Virus genome (UHGV): UHGV-0094761
DNA: 42,420 bases
From: a virus
Reading direction: 5' to 3' (one strand)
The notes under the pieces: generated by a model
Database searches by the model: none
What the model was told of the DNA's origin: nothing
What the model saw: the letters and a program-made list of their open reading frames with translations, nothing else
Program-made: the position numbers and the translations under genes
Shown: piece after piece, positions 16,845 through 27,225 of the stretch
Layout of the letters: each line of letters starts with the position of its first letter
Position numbering within the stretch: position 1 is the first letter of the stretch

Positions 16845-17897
16845 ATGAAAAGTACTGTAAAAATAAACAGTGTTGAGTTAATCAACGCTGATAGCCTGCA
16901 TTACGTCGCCACCCTCCCGGATAACTCTATTGATCTGATAGTTACGGATCCGCCGTATTTCAAAGTGAAACCCAACGGCTGGGACAACCAATGGAAGGGG
17001 GACGAGGACTACTTACGCTGGCTTGATAGCTGTCTGGCTGAGTATGCTCGCGTTCTTAAACCTGCTGGCAGCATTTACCTGTTTTGCGGTCACCGACTGG
17101 CCTCAGATATAGAGATTATGATGCGTGCCCGGTTCAACGTTTTGAATCACATAATTTGGGCAAAACCATCAGGCCGCTGGAATGGATGTAACAAAGAAAG
17201 CCTGCGTGCGTACTTTCCATCTACGGAACGGATTTTGTTTGCTGAGCACTATCTTGGGCCGTATACAGGTAAAGAGGATGTTTACGAAAGGAAAAGCACA
17301 GAGCTAAAGCAGCACATTATGACGCCGCTGATTGATTACTTCCGTAATGCCCGTGAATCACTGGGTGTCAGCTCGAAAGAAATAGCTGAGGCAACAGGAA
17401 AGAAAAACATGGCGTCACACTGGTTTGGTGCAAGCCAATGGCAACTACCAAATGAAGTGGACTATAGAAAATTGCAGGAACTGTTCACGCGGATCGCTAT
17501 CGATAAGCACATTGAGCAGAAACTTGAACATCCTCACCACCAGCTGGTAGCTACCTATCAGTCATTAAACCGCAAGTATTCAGAATTGCTGGAGGAATAC
17601 AAAACTCTCCGGCGCTGCTTCTCTGTCTCCGCTCTAGTTCCGTATACCGACGTATGGACGCATAAGCCTGTTCAGTTTTATCCGGGCAAACATCCATGCG
17701 AAAAACCTGCCGACATGCTGAAGCAGATCATTAGCGCCAGCAGCAGGCCGGGGGATATCGTTGCCGATTTCTTTATGGGCTCTGGTTCAACTGTGAAAGC
17801 AGCAATAGAACTTGGCCGTCGGGCGATCGGTGTAGAACTGGAGGAAGACAGGTTTATACAGACCACCGAAGAGGTGGAAAAACTGAAAAAATCATAA
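16845..17897 (+). CDS. DNA methyltransferase (beta-class N6-adenine/N4-cytosine, orphan)
   Basis: 350 aa; catalytic DPPY motif (VTDPPYF) near the N-terminus and AdoMet-binding FxGxG (DFFMGSGSTV) near the C-terminus; no adjacent restriction endonuclease. Confidence 0.8.
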   Translation: MKSTVKINSVELINADSLHYVATLPDNSIDLIVTDPPYFKVKPNGWDNQWKGDEDYLRWLDSCLAEYARVLKPAGSIYLFCGHRLASDIEIMMRARFNVLNHIIWAKPSGRWNGCNKESLRAYFPSTERILFAEHYLGPYTGKEDVYERKSTELKQHIMTPLIDYFRNARESLGVSSKEIAEATGKKNMASHWFGASQWQLPNEVDYRKLQELFTRIAIDKHIEQKLEHPHHQLVATYQSLNRKYSELLEEYKTLRRCFSVSALVPYTDVWTHKPVQFYPGKHPCEKPADMLKQIISASSRPGDIVADFFMGSGSTVKAAIELGRRAIGVELEEDRFIQTTEEVEKLKKS

Positions 17898-18042
17898 CGA
17901 TCACCACGCTTCTCCGTTGCTGTGGTGATCACCATCTTCAGGCACCGGGAATCATCCTTAATTTTTACTTGAACATAAGATCCCGGTTGCCTGATCCCCT
18001 TCAATCACGCACAGCGCCATCCGAACTATCGGAGGTGAGGCT

Positions 18043-18321
18043 ATGACCAGAATGAGCACCATTTACAGCAGACTTTCATATGGATCAGGAACCACGCTTG
18101 CCGGCTGCGGTGTATCAGCGAAGGCATATGCCGAAACAGCTAAAACAGCAAAAGAGGTGTCCTGGATGTTGGCCGACAGAATTGCAGGGTTAAGCCTGAG
18201 CGACTGGGCAATTATTGTCGGTATCGCATGCACCGTTATTACCTGTGCAGTGAACTGGTATTTCCGCTGGAAAGAACGGGAGGATCGTCGCAATGGCTAT
18301 GCCACCAAAGCTGAAGAATAA
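18043..18321 (+). CDS. Holin (pinholin, S21-like) with dual-start motif
   Basis: 92 aa; N-terminal MTRM dual-start pattern; TM helix AIIVGIACTVITCAVNWYF; charged C-terminus REDRR; GGAGGTGAGG RBS; precedes a SAR endolysin. Confidence 0.7.
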   Translation: MTRMSTIYSRLSYGSGTTLAGCGVSAKAYAETAKTAKEVSWMLADRIAGLSLSDWAIIVGIACTVITCAVNWYFRWKEREDRRNGYATKAEE

Positions 18322-18841
18322 ACTGAGCGCAGCGGTCGTTGGTTTGATTCTTGCGGGGGCTTCTGCACCTGTGATTCTCGATCAGTTTCTTAATGAGAAA
18401 GAGGGTAATAGCCTTACGGCATACCGCGACGGTGGCGGACACTGGACCATTTGCCGTGGCGCCACGATGGTTGATGGTAAGCCAGTAGTTCAGGGCATGA
18501 AGATGTCTTCTGAGAAATGCGCCCGGGTGAACGCCATAGAACGCGATAAGGCGCTGGTGTGGGTTGAGAGAAATATCAAGGTACCACTGACCGAACCACA
18601 GAAAGCCGGGATTGCTTCTTTTTGCCCATATAACATCGGCCCGGGAAAATGTTTCCCGTCCACGTTCTATAAGCGAATTAATGCTGGTGACCGTATTGGC
18701 GCGTGTGAAGCGATCCGCTGGTGGATTAAAGACGGTGGCCGCGACTGTCGTCTGACCAAAGGCCAGAAAAACGGCTGCTATGGGCAAGTAGAACGGCGAG
18801 ACCAGGAAAGCGCGCTGACGTGCTGGGGGATAGACCAGTGA
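18293..18841 (+). CDS. SAR endolysin (lysozyme, glycoside hydrolase family 24)
   Basis: N-terminal signal-anchor-release domain ([19 protein letters not shown]) then the E-x8-D-x5-T lysozyme catalytic pattern ([22 protein letters not shown]). Confidence 0.85.
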   Translation: MAMPPKLKNKLSAAVVGLILAGASAPVILDQFLNEKEGNSLTAYRDGGGHWTICRGATMVDGKPVVQGMKMSSEKCARVNAIERDKALVWVERNIKVPLTEPQKAGIASFCPYNIGPGKCFPSTFYKRINAGDRIGACEAIRWWIKDGGRDCRLTKGQKNGCYGQVERRDQESALTCWGIDQ

Positions 18842-19365
18842 GCCTGCGCTATCAGTTCATTGCCATTTCGGTGCTGGTGGCCGTCGCATTTATCGCCGGA
18901 AACGTATGGAGCAATCGCGGCTGGGAAAAGAAGTGGGCTGAACGTGACAGCGTGGAATCATCGCAAACAGCGAACGCCCAGACCGCCGCCCGCATGATCG
19001 AACAAGGGCGTATTATTGCCCGTGATGAGGCTGTAAAAGATGCACAAGCACAAGCCGCTAAATCTGCTGCCACTGCTGCTGGCCTGTCTGCCACTGTTAA
19101 CCAGCTGCGCACCGAAGCAACAAAGCTTGCCGCCCGCCTGGACGCCGCAAAGCACACCGCAAATCTTGCCGTTGCCGTCAGAAGCAAGACAGCCGGAGCC
19201 CATGCCAGAATGCTCGCCGACATGCTCGGAAGTATTGCAGCAGAAGCTAAACGATATGCTGGAATCGCTGATGAGCGCTATGCCGCCGGGATGACGTGTG
19301 AACGCGTTTATGACCAAGTGAGAGAGTCAAATAACAACATGGTTGACCACATAGTGAAGCGTTGA
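18838..19365 (+). CDS. Rz-like i-spanin
   Basis: N-terminal TM ([15 protein letters not shown]) followed by an Ala/Gln-rich coiled-coil periplasmic domain; GTG at 18838 overlaps the endolysin stop; contains the embedded Rz1 ORF. Confidence 0.7.
   Translation: MSLRYQFIAISVLVAVAFIAGNVWSNRGWEKKWAERDSVESSQTANAQTAARMIEQGRIIARDEAVKDAQAQAAKSAATAAGLSATVNQLRTEATKLAARLDAAKHTANLAVAVRSKTAGAHARMLADMLGSIAAEAKRYAGIADERYAAGMTCERVYDQVRESNNNMVDHIVKR
19040..19294 (+). CDS. Rz1-like o-spanin (lipoprotein) embedded in Rz in the +1 frame
   Basis: 84 aa; lipoprotein signal with lipobox LLTSC; proline-rich mature part; wholly embedded in the Rz gene, as in lambda Rz/Rz1. Confidence 0.65.
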   Translation: MHKHKPLNLLPLLLACLPLLTSCAPKQQSLPPAWTPQSTPQILPLPSEARQPEPMPECSPTCSEVLQQKLNDMLESLMSAMPPG

Positions 19366-19405
19366 AAACTGGTATGATTAGGCTTCACTTTTCGGTGGTG
19401 GGATT

Positions 19406-19939
19406 ATGAGAAAAGAAATAACGGTAAGCAATGCTAAGCATGAGGCAGGTCATTGGATAACGGGTTGGATACTTGAAAAGGCAAGCGAGGACATAGTCAT
19501 TGCCACAACCATAGTGGGCGATTCATATTGTGGTCGTGCCCCTCATCCGGATTTTGTTGATTTACAACAAATTAACTTTCATCTGGGTAACCGGGTTATC
19601 AACTTACTCAGCGGAGCTATATCCGAAAGCCTTGTATGTGGAGAATTTAATCGTGAGATATATAAGCATCTCATTGGCGATTACAAAGGAGCATGGCCAG
19701 ATTTTTTTATGGCTTCTGAGTTGTTCCGCTACTATTACAGGTCGTTGCATTCCTCTGAACGAGGGTCATTTGAAGAAGAGTGGAATCTTCTAATTACGAA
19801 AGCTGAAAAAATAATTAAGCAGCATGAAATGTTTATCAATCATGTAGCAAATGAAGCTATCCGACGCCTGTCCGTCGAACAATCACAAATAACATTGTCG
19901 CAAGTTGATGTGCTAGAAATATTAAAGAATAACTCGTGA
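19406..19939 (+). CDS. Stand-alone FtsH-like (M41-type) zinc metallopeptidase domain protein
   Basis: 177 aa; N-terminal AKHEAGHWITGWIL resembles the FtsH protease-domain motif AYHEAGHALVGWLL, and LLSGAISESLVCGEF resembles FtsH LYGGRLAEEIIYG; no AAA+ domain; AT-rich; GGTGGTGGGA RBS. Confidence 0.6.
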   Translation: MRKEITVSNAKHEAGHWITGWILEKASEDIVIATTIVGDSYCGRAPHPDFVDLQQINFHLGNRVINLLSGAISESLVCGEFNREIYKHLIGDYKGAWPDFFMASELFRYYYRSLHSSERGSFEEEWNLLITKAEKIIKQHEMFINHVANEAIRRLSVEQSQITLSQVDVLEILKNNS

Positions 19940-20000
19940 TGAACATTCACTGAATTCCTAGGATAATGTTATATATGCTACTCTAGAAAGCGGAGGGGCA

Positions 20001-20204
20001 ATGAATATTAAAAAATACTGGTTTTTTTCATGGGTTGCTTATGACTCAGTAACGGGTGAAAAGTTACTTGAATATTCCGGTTCTGATACTTTCACCTCTG
20101 AGGAGGGAGTTAGTGCAGTTGAGGTTTTTGAGAGTTTAATGAGTGACTTTGAATCGAGAAGAGAAAATCTGAAAATACATTGCATTGCATTCAATCCTAT
20201 CTAA
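20001..20204 (+). CDS. Small acidic hypothetical protein (67 aa) paired with the peptidase
   Basis: GGAGGGG RBS; AT-rich; followed by a terminator. Confidence 0.45.
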   Translation: MNIKKYWFFSWVAYDSVTGEKLLEYSGSDTFTSEEGVSAVEVFESLMSDFESRRENLKIHCIAFNPI

Positions 20205-20208
20205 ATAA

Positions 20209-20234
20209 AAAGCCTCGCGTATGTGGGGCTTTTT
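20209..20234 (+). terminator. Rho-independent terminator after the peptidase module
   Basis: GCCTCG-cgtatg-TGGGGC stem followed by 6 T (20229-20234). Confidence 0.55.
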
Positions 20235-20348
20235 TATGCGCATCGCACGCGCACATCAAAGAGAGTCTTTCAGTAGTGAGCCTGGGTAAACCGTTAACTC
20301 TTGGCGGCTTTGCCGTGCGAAAGGCTCACGTCTAAAAGGAAACCCCTC

Positions 20349-21008
20349 ATGAAATATTTATCGCTGCAGCAGGCAATGCTGGGCATGCGCGTAACAATGA
20401 CCGACGACGGCCTGATTCTCAAAAGTCCTGCAGGTAGCGCACACTACGATTTAAAAGGTCGCCGCCATGCAGTTTGGGGTGATGCTTCTTTCTTCCCTGA
20501 ACATCTACGTGTGAAAGATAAACGCAAACCGAAAGGTGGCCACGTCAGTTATGGCAATGGCGAAATCGTTGGCTATCGGACTGATGGTTCTATTGCCTGG
20601 CGAATGGGGAAGTTCGAAGAACCTACAAAAACGCCGAAGCCGAAGACCAGCAATGACAGCATCGATGTTAGCAAGATTCTTGACGATGCATGGAGAAGTG
20701 GTCGCCCTCTTGTCGGGGAGGCAGTTAACGATCTGGCTGAGGCTATAGCAAATGCCAGGGCATGCTCTCAAAGCTATCAGCAACATGCCTGCGGCGGTGA
20801 GACAACACCATCTACCTATACCGTATCTATCGGTATTAACTGCAACAATGAAGCCCATACTTCTGGTATCGGTAGCAACATCTATAGCATTCTGAAAAAT
20901 GCACTGGCGCGCGATAAAGCAATGCCTGATTTTGAAGAGACCATCCGTAAAGCCATCCAGAAAGAATGTCAGCCCGGTGGACTGATCTGGAATTCCCGCA
21001 GTCGTTAA
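20349..21008 (+). CDS. Hypothetical phage protein (220 aa) upstream of cos
   Basis: Start at ATG 20349 (MKYLSLQQ...) with an AAGGA RBS; the track's longer start at 20301 lacks an RBS. Confidence 0.55.
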   Translation: MKYLSLQQAMLGMRVTMTDDGLILKSPAGSAHYDLKGRRHAVWGDASFFPEHLRVKDKRKPKGGHVSYGNGEIVGYRTDGSIAWRMGKFEEPTKTPKPKTSNDSIDVSKILDDAWRSGRPLVGEAVNDLAEAIANARACSQSYQQHACGGETTPSTYTVSIGINCNNEAHTSGIGSNIYSILKNALARDKAMPDFEETIRKAIQKECQPGGLIWNSRSR

Positions 21009-21059
21009 TTTTTACGTGTAAATGGTAACTATTATCGTTTGCGGGTCCTTTCCGGCATA

Positions 21060-21260
21060 TCGGCGCGCTACGGGGCGGCGACCTCGCAGATTCTCGCTAT
21101 TTATGAAAATTTTCTGGCATTTGCCGTTTCCGTTCTTCTTCTCGCTAATTCATTGTTTTAACTGCAAACACCCCTGAAAAGAAAGGAAACGATAAGCCTT
21201 AAAAACGGCTAAATAACTAGAGGGCGTTTCCTTTCTCTGTTTTCGTGCATGGAGTGAGCT
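21060..21260. promoter_or_regulatory. cos site (lambda-type cosN with 12-nt cohesive end, plus cosB-like region)
   Basis: GGGCGGCGACCT at 21073-21084 is identical to the lambda cohesive end; the downstream block up to Nu1 (...CGCTATTTATGAAAATTTTC..GTTTCCGTTCTTCTTC...) closely resembles the lambda left end as I recall it. Confidence 0.7.
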
Positions 21261-21806
21261 ATGGAGGTCAACAAAAAGCGTCTTTCTGAAATATTTGGGG
21301 TCAGCGTGCGAACCATTCAGAACTGGCAGGATCAGGGAATGCCTGTAGCACGTGGTGGCGGAAAAGGTAATGAGGTCCTCTATGAATCTTCCGCGGCTAT
21401 TGAATGGTATTCCGCACGCGACGCGGCGATTGAGAATGAGAAATTACGCAAGGAGGTGGAAGACCTTCGTCTTGCATCGGAATCCGACCTCCAGCCAGGT
21501 ACGATTGACTATGAGCGTCACCGCCTTACCCGGGCGCAGGCAGACGCCCAGGAACTAAAAAATGCAAAAGATTCCGCTGAGGTGGTGGAAACCGCATTCT
21601 GCACGTTCGTGCTGTCGCGGATGGCCGGAGAAGTAGCCAGCATTCTTGATGGAGTTCCTCTGTCGGTTCAGCGGCGCTTCCCGGAGCTGGAAAACCGACA
21701 TATTGATTTCCTCAAGAAGGACATCATTAAGGCCATGAACAAAGCAGCTGCGCTGGATGAAATAATACCGGGGTTGCTGAGTGAATATATCGAACAGTCA
21801 GGTTAA
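21261..21806 (+). CDS. nu1: Terminase small subunit (lambda Nu1 homologue)
   Basis: 181 aa; near-identical to lambda Nu1 over most of its length as I recall it (MEVNKK.L..IFG.S.RTIQNWQ.QGMPV.RGGGKGNEVLY...). Confidence 0.9.
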   Translation: MEVNKKRLSEIFGVSVRTIQNWQDQGMPVARGGGKGNEVLYESSAAIEWYSARDAAIENEKLRKEVEDLRLASESDLQPGTIDYERHRLTRAQADAQELKNAKDSAEVVETAFCTFVLSRMAGEVASILDGVPLSVQRRFPELENRHIDFLKKDIIKAMNKAAALDEIIPGLLSEYIEQSG

Positions 21807-23703
21807 GGGGCTGCAGCACTCTGCGCGCGCAGGGCTACTTTCGCTGTACCGGCCTGAGCCGCAAACGGCGGTTGAATGGGCAGACGATAATTACTATCTC
21901 CCCAAAGAGTCGGCCTATCAGGAAGGGCGCTGGGAAACGTTGCCGTTTCAACGCGCGATCATGAATGCGATGGGTAACGACTACATTCGTGAAGTTAACG
22001 TTGTTAAGTCTGCCCGTGTTGGCTATTCAAAAATGTTGCTGGGTGTTTATGCGTATTTTATTCAGCACAAGCAGCGAAATTCCCTTATCTGGCTGCCCAC
22101 TGATGGTGACGCCGAAAACTTCATGAAGTCGCATGTTGAGCCGACGATTCGCGATATTCCGTCACTTCTGGCGCTGGCCCCCTGGTATGGCAAAAAGCAC
22201 CGGGACAATACGCTCAGCATGAAACGCTTCTCCAACGGTCGCGGGTTCTGGTGTCTGGGTGGTAAGGCGGCGAAAAACTATCGTGAAAAGTCAGTGGATG
22301 TTGCCGGCTATGACGAACTCGCTGCTTTTGATGAGGATATTGAGAAAGAGGGTTCCCCGACGTTTCTCGGTGATAAACGTATTGAGGGCTCTGTCTGGCC
22401 CAAATCTATTCGCGGATCAACGCCAAAAACAAAGGGAACCTGCCAGATTGAGCGTGCTGCCAGCGAGTCCGGGCATTTCATGCGTTTTCATGTTGCCTGT
22501 CCGCACTGTGGTGAAGAGCAGTACCTTAAGTTCGGCGACAAAGAGACCCCGTTCGGGTTCAAATGGACACCGGGCGAACCTTCCAGCGTCTTTTACCTGT
22601 GCGAACATAATGCCTGCGTCATTAAGCAGCAGGAGCTGGATTTCACTGAAGCTCGTTACATCTGCGACACCACCGGGATCTGGACGCGCGACGGTTTATC
22701 CTGGTTTTCATCAACAGGCACCGAAATCGACCCGCCAGACAGCGTGACGTTTCACATCTGGACGGCATACAGCCCGTTTACCACCTGGGTACAGATCGTT
22801 AAAGACTGGCTAAAAACGAAAGGGGATACCGGAAAGCGTAAAACCTTCGTTAACACCACTCTGGGCGAAACATGGGAGCCTAAAATTGGTGAACGGCCTG
22901 ACGCGGAGATCATGGCCGAACGTAAAGAGTTTTTCGGGGCATCCGTACCGGATCGTGTTGCTTATCTGACAGCCGGGATTGACTCCCAGCTGGATCGATA
23001 TGAAATGCGCGTCTGGGGATGGGGGCCCGGTGAGGAAAGCTGGCTGATTGACCGGCAGATCATTATGGGCCGTCATGATGATGAAGCTACTCTCGTCAGG
23101 GTGGACGAGGCGATTAACAAAACCTACCCCCGAAAGAATGGCGTGGAAATGTCGGTATCCCGTATCTGCTGGGATATCGGCGGTATTGACCCCACAATTG
23201 TCTACAATCGCTCAAAAAAGCATGGTCTGTTTCGCGTGATCCCGATTAAAGGGGCTTCCGTTTACGGTAAGCCTGTGGCGAATATGCCGCGTAAACGCAA
23301 CAAGAACGGCGTTTATCTGACGGAAGTGGGTACAGATACCGCAAAGGAGCAGATTTATAACCGCTTCACACTTCAGCCGGAAGGGAGTGAACCTCTTGCC
23401 GGTGCCGTGCATTTTCCCAATAACCCAGAAATTTACGATCTGGCTGAGGCACAGCAGCTTACTGCTGAGGAGCAGGTTGAAAAATGGGTGGACGGGCGTA
23501 AGAAAATCGTCTGGGACAGCAAAAAGCGACGAAATGAGGCGCTGGACTGCTTCGTGTACGCGCTGGCTGCCCTGCGGATCAGTATTTCGCGATGGCAACT
23601 GAATCTTGATTCACTGCTCGCAAGCCTGCTGGAGGAAGAGGGGAACCGGACCAATAACAAAACCCTGGCTGATTATGCCAGGGCATTATCTGGAGATGAA
23701 TAA
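21781..23703 (+). CDS. A: Terminase large subunit (lambda gpA homologue)
   Basis: 640 aa; collinear high similarity to lambda gpA (MNISNSQV...[40 protein letters not shown]); overlaps the Nu1 3' end as in lambda. Confidence 0.95.
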   Translation: MNISNSQVKGLQHSARAGLLSLYRPEPQTAVEWADDNYYLPKESAYQEGRWETLPFQRAIMNAMGNDYIREVNVVKSARVGYSKMLLGVYAYFIQHKQRNSLIWLPTDGDAENFMKSHVEPTIRDIPSLLALAPWYGKKHRDNTLSMKRFSNGRGFWCLGGKAAKNYREKSVDVAGYDELAAFDEDIEKEGSPTFLGDKRIEGSVWPKSIRGSTPKTKGTCQIERAASESGHFMRFHVACPHCGEEQYLKFGDKETPFGFKWTPGEPSSVFYLCEHNACVIKQQELDFTEARYICDTTGIWTRDGLSWFSSTGTEIDPPDSVTFHIWTAYSPFTTWVQIVKDWLKTKGDTGKRKTFVNTTLGETWEPKIGERPDAEIMAERKEFFGASVPDRVAYLTAGIDSQLDRYEMRVWGWGPGEESWLIDRQIIMGRHDDEATLVRVDEAINKTYPRKNGVEMSVSRICWDIGGIDPTIVYNRSKKHGLFRVIPIKGASVYGKPVANMPRKRNKNGVYLTEVGTDTAKEQIYNRFTLQPEGSEPLAGAVHFPNNPEIYDLAEAQQLTAEEQVEKWVDGRKKIVWDSKKRRNEALDCFVYALAALRISISRWQLNLDSLLASLLEEEGNRTNNKTLADYARALSGDE

Positions 23704-23909
23704 TGGCGACACAGACTGATCTGGATGCCGCCCGCGCTGCGTTGCACGATCTCATGATGGGAAAGCGGGTGGCAACGGTGCAAAAAGACGGCCGGCGGGT
23801 TGAGTTTACCGCGACCTCCGTCAGTGACCTGAAAAAATACATTGCCGAACTTGAGTCACAGGTTGGCACCACTCCACGACGCCGGGGACCGGCAGGATTT
23901 TACGCATGA
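23703..23909 (+). CDS. W: Head-tail joining protein W
   Basis: 68 aa; ...[42 protein letters not shown]... matches lambda gpW. Confidence 0.9.
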   Translation: MATQTDLDAARAALHDLMMGKRVATVQKDGRRVEFTATSVSDLKKYIAELESQVGTTPRRRGPAGFYA

Positions 23910-25498
23910 AAACACCTGCTTTGTTAGGACCGGACGGTAAAACCGCTCTACGGGATTATGCCGGATATCATGGCGGTGCTGGTGGCTTTGGCGGTCAGCT
24001 CCGCGCCTGGAATCCACCGAGTGAAAGCGCAGATGCTGCGTTATTGCCTAATTTTTCCCGTGGTAACGCGCGCGCTGACGATCTGGTCCGCAATAACGGC
24101 TATGCGGCAAACGCGGTACAGCTCCATCAGGACCACATTGTCGGGTCGTTTTTCCGGCTCAGTTATCGGCCCAGCTGGCGTTTTCTTGGCATTGGGGAGG
24201 AAGAGGCCCGGGCGTTCTCCCGTGAAGTTGAGGCGGCCTGGAAAGAATTTGCGGAGGATGATTGCTGCTGCATTGATGCGGAACGTAAGCGTACATTCAC
24301 CATGATGATCCGCGAGGGTGTTTCCATGCATGCGTTTAACGGTGAGTTATGTGCACAGGCCACCTGGGACAGTGATTCCACGCGTCTTTTCCGCACACAG
24401 TTCAAAATGGTGAGCCCAAAACGCATCAGCAACCCCAATAACGCCGGAGACACGCGAAACTGTCGGGCAGGTGTCAGAACAAATGACAGTGGCGCCGCGC
24501 TGGGATATTACGTCAGCGAGGATGGCTATCCGGGGTGGATGGCGCAGAAGTGGACCTATATCCCGCGTGAACTGCCCGGCGGGCGGCCTTCCTTTATCCA
24601 CGTGTTTGAACCCCTGGAAGATGGGCAGACACGCGGTGCCAACGTGTTTTACAGCGTCATGGAGCAAATGAAAATGCTCGATACGCTGCAGAATACGCAG
24701 CTCCAGAGCGCGATTGTCAAGGCGATGTATGCCGCCACGATTGAAAGTGAGCTGGATACGCAAACCGCGATGGACTTTATTCTCGGCTCAGACAGTAAAG
24801 AGCAGCAAAGCAAGATGACTGGCTGGCTGGGGGAGATGGCCTCGTACTATACCGCGGCGCCGGTTCGTCTCGGGGGCGCGAAGGTGCCGCATCTGATGCC
24901 GGGCGACTCCCTGAATCTTCAGTCAGCGCAGGACACTGACAACGGCTATTCGACGTTTGAACAATCTCTGTTGCGCTACATTGCTGCAGGGCTGGGGGTG
25001 TCGTATGAGCAACTCTCTCGCAACTATTCGCAGATGAGTTATTCCACCGCCCGCGCCAGTGCTAACGAGTCCTGGGCGTACTTTATGGGGCGTCGCAAAT
25101 TTGTTGCCTCCCGCCAGGCCTGTCAGATGTTTTTATGCTGGCTGGAAGAGGCCATTGTCCGCCGCGTGGTGACATTGCCGTCTAAAGCCCGGTTCAGTTT
25201 TCAGGAGGCGAGAAGCGCCTGGGGAAATGCTGACTGGATCGGCTCCGGGCGAATGGCCATTGACGGACTGAAGGAGGTGCAGGAGGCAGTCATGCTCATT
25301 GAGGCGGGGCTGAGCACCTATGAGAAGGAATGCGCCAAACGCGGGGAAGACTATCAGGAAATCTTTGCCCAGCAGGTTCGTGAAACGATGGAGCGTCGTG
25401 CTGCGGGCCTTAAACCGCCAGCGTGGGCGGCTTCGGCCTTTGAGTCTGGACTGAAAAAATCGAATGAGGAGGGGACAGATGACGCCAGAGCTGCGTAA
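23906..25498 (+). CDS. B: Portal protein (lambda gpB homologue)
   Basis: 530 aa; position and size match lambda gpB; start overlaps the W stop. Confidence 0.9.
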   Translation: MKTPALLGPDGKTALRDYAGYHGGAGGFGGQLRAWNPPSESADAALLPNFSRGNARADDLVRNNGYAANAVQLHQDHIVGSFFRLSYRPSWRFLGIGEEEARAFSREVEAAWKEFAEDDCCCIDAERKRTFTMMIREGVSMHAFNGELCAQATWDSDSTRLFRTQFKMVSPKRISNPNNAGDTRNCRAGVRTNDSGAALGYYVSEDGYPGWMAQKWTYIPRELPGGRPSFIHVFEPLEDGQTRGANVFYSVMEQMKMLDTLQNTQLQSAIVKAMYAATIESELDTQTAMDFILGSDSKEQQSKMTGWLGEMASYYTAAPVRLGGAKVPHLMPGDSLNLQSAQDTDNGYSTFEQSLLRYIAAGLGVSYEQLSRNYSQMSYSTARASANESWAYFMGRRKFVASRQACQMFLCWLEEAIVRRVVTLPSKARFSFQEARSAWGNADWIGSGRMAIDGLKEVQEAVMLIEAGLSTYEKECAKRGEDYQEIFAQQVRETMERRAAGLKPPAWAASAFESGLKKSNEEGTDDARAA

Positions 25499-26816
25499 TC
25501 TCCCGCACATTGCCAGTATGGCTTTCAATGAGCCGCTTTTACTTGAACCCGCCTATGCGCGGGTTTTCTTTTGTGCTCTCGCTGGTCAGTTAGGTATCAC
25601 CCGTCTGACCGATACCGTGTCGGGCGTGACGCTTGGCGCAGAGCAGATGGCTGAACCGCTGGCACTCTTTGGTGATGATGAGGACATGGGACCAAAGCCG
25701 GCGCGAAGCTACCAGGTCACTGATGGTATCGCGGTGCTGCCTGTTTCCGGGACGCTGGTCAGTAAAACCCGCTCACTTCAGCCGTATTCGGGGATGACGG
25801 GGTACAACGGCATCATCGCCCGCCTCCAGCAGGCAATCAGCGATCCGGGTGTAGACGGCATTCTTCTTGATATGGATACGCCAGGTGGAATGGTGGCGGG
25901 TGCCTTTGACTGCGCGGACATCATCGCCCGTATGCGGGATACCAAACCCATCTGGGCGTTAGCCAACGATATGAACTGCAGCGCTGGCCAGCTGATTGCC
26001 AGTGCGGCATCACGTCGGCTTGTGACGCAGACGGCCAGAACGGGATCTATCGGGGTCATGATGGCCCACAGCAATTACGGCGCCGCCCTTAAAACCAGCG
26101 GCGTTGAGGTCACGTTGATTTACAGCGGCGATCACAAGGTGGACGGGAACCCCTACGAGAAATTACCCAAAGAGGTACGCGCAGATTTTCAGGCGCGTAT
26201 TGACGCTACCCGGCAGATGTTCGCTGAAAAGGTGGCAGGTTATACCGGCATGTCGGTACAGGCCGTTCTTGATACTGAAGCCGCTGTGTTTTCAGGCCAG
26301 GAATCAGTAGACAACGGCCTGGCGGAGCAGCTGGTCAACAACATGGATGCGCTGAACGTTATGCGCGATGCAATTAACAAACGAACGATGATTTCCCGAG
26401 GAGGAAGCATGAAAGGTACTACTGCATCCGCAGATACCACTCAACCAGCAGCATCTGCTGACCAGACCGTGACCACCGTTGACGTGCCTGCTGCGGTCGT
26501 TACTGACCCTGCAGCGGGTGCAACTGTTGATATCAGCAGCCAGCTGGCAGCGGCGGTCGCAGCCGAAAACGGTCGCATTATGGGGATCCTGAACTGTGAA
26601 GAGGCGAAAGGGCGTGAATCACAGGCGCGCGCGCTGGCGGAAACGCCAGGGATGACGGTGGAAAGTGCCCAGCGCATCCTTGCCGCGGCTCCTCAGAGTG
26701 CCCAGGCGCGTACGGATACCGCGCTGGATCGTCTGATGGAAACCGCACCCGGCACCGTAACGGCAGGTAGCGCTTCTGCCAAAGCGGGTGACGATTTGTT
26801 AAATACGCCTGTTTAA
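25479..26816 (+). CDS. C: Capsid maturation protease / minor capsid protein C (S49 family)
   Basis: Start at ATG 25479 ([19 protein letters not shown]...) with a GAGGAGGGG RBS; closely matches lambda gpC. Confidence 0.9.
   Translation: MTPELRNLPHIASMAFNEPLLLEPAYARVFFCALAGQLGITRLTDTVSGVTLGAEQMAEPLALFGDDEDMGPKPARSYQVTDGIAVLPVSGTLVSKTRSLQPYSGMTGYNGIIARLQQAISDPGVDGILLDMDTPGGMVAGAFDCADIIARMRDTKPIWALANDMNCSAGQLIASAASRRLVTQTARTGSIGVMMAHSNYGAALKTSGVEVTLIYSGDHKVDGNPYEKLPKEVRADFQARIDATRQMFAEKVAGYTGMSVQAVLDTEAAVFSGQESVDNGLAEQLVNNMDALNVMRDAINKRTMISRGGSMKGTTASADTTQPAASADQTVTTVDVPAAVVTDPAAGATVDISSQLAAAVAAENGRIMGILNCEEAKGRESQARALAETPGMTVESAQRILAAAPQSAQARTDTALDRLMETAPGTVTAGSASAKAGDDLLNTPV
26409..26816 (+). 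CDS. nu3: Scaffolding protein Nu3 (in-frame internal start within C)
   Basis: Internal ATG at 26409 with a GGAGGAAG RBS; C-terminal ...AAVAAENGRIMGILNCEEA.GRE.QAR.LAETPGMTV... matches lambda Nu3. Confidence 0.6.
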   Translation: MKGTTASADTTQPAASADQTVTTVDVPAAVVTDPAAGATVDISSQLAAAVAAENGRIMGILNCEEAKGRESQARALAETPGMTVESAQRILAAAPQSAQARTDTALDRLMETAPGTVTAGSASAKAGDDLLNTPV

Positions 26817-26825
26817 GAGGTCAAC

Positions 26826-27158
26826 ATGTCTAACACTGAACAATTTACGCACAATCAGCCCCTCGGGAACAGTGATCCGGCGCATACCGGTTTTGCACCT
26901 GGTGAACTGACGAAAGCAGTACCGGCGATGACGCCCCTGATGCTGGATGCCACTTCCGGCAAGCTGACCGTCTGGGATGGCCAGCATGCTGGGGCTGCCT
27001 GTGGCGTTCTGGCGGTGTCTGCCGACCAGAGCAGCACTGAGCTGGCATTCTATAAGTCCGGCTCTTTCCGTATTGAAGATGTGCTCTGGCCGGATGCGGT
27101 GACGGATGAACACATCAAACGCAACGCATTCGCAGGTACAGCCATCAGTATCGTCTGA
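26826..27158 (+). CDS. D: Head decoration protein D
   Basis: 110 aa; [13 protein letters not shown]...[10 protein letters not shown]...[10 protein letters not shown] matches lambda gpD. Confidence 0.9.
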   Translation: MSNTEQFTHNQPLGNSDPAHTGFAPGELTKAVPAMTPLMLDATSGKLTVWDGQHAGAACGVLAVSADQSSTELAFYKSGSFRIEDVLWPDAVTDEHIKRNAFAGTAISIV

Positions 27159-27188
27159 CATCCGACTTAATACTAACCATCATCCACA

Positions 27189-27212
27189 GAAGCCGCCATC
27201 GCGGCTTTTTTT
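27189..27212 (+). terminator. Terminator-like hairpin between D and E
   Basis: AGCCGC-catc-GCGGCT stem followed by about 7 T; may be a partial terminator or attenuator within the late operon. Confidence 0.45.
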
Positions 27213-27225
27213 ACAGGAAACATCT

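Noticed and set aside
22259-22747. Antisense and alternative-frame ORFs inside the structural genes (for example 22259-22747, 24347-24763, 30206-30853, 33657-34055, 39474-39983)
   Set aside because: All lie within genes with strong lambda homology in another frame or strand and have skewed composition; shadow ORFs.
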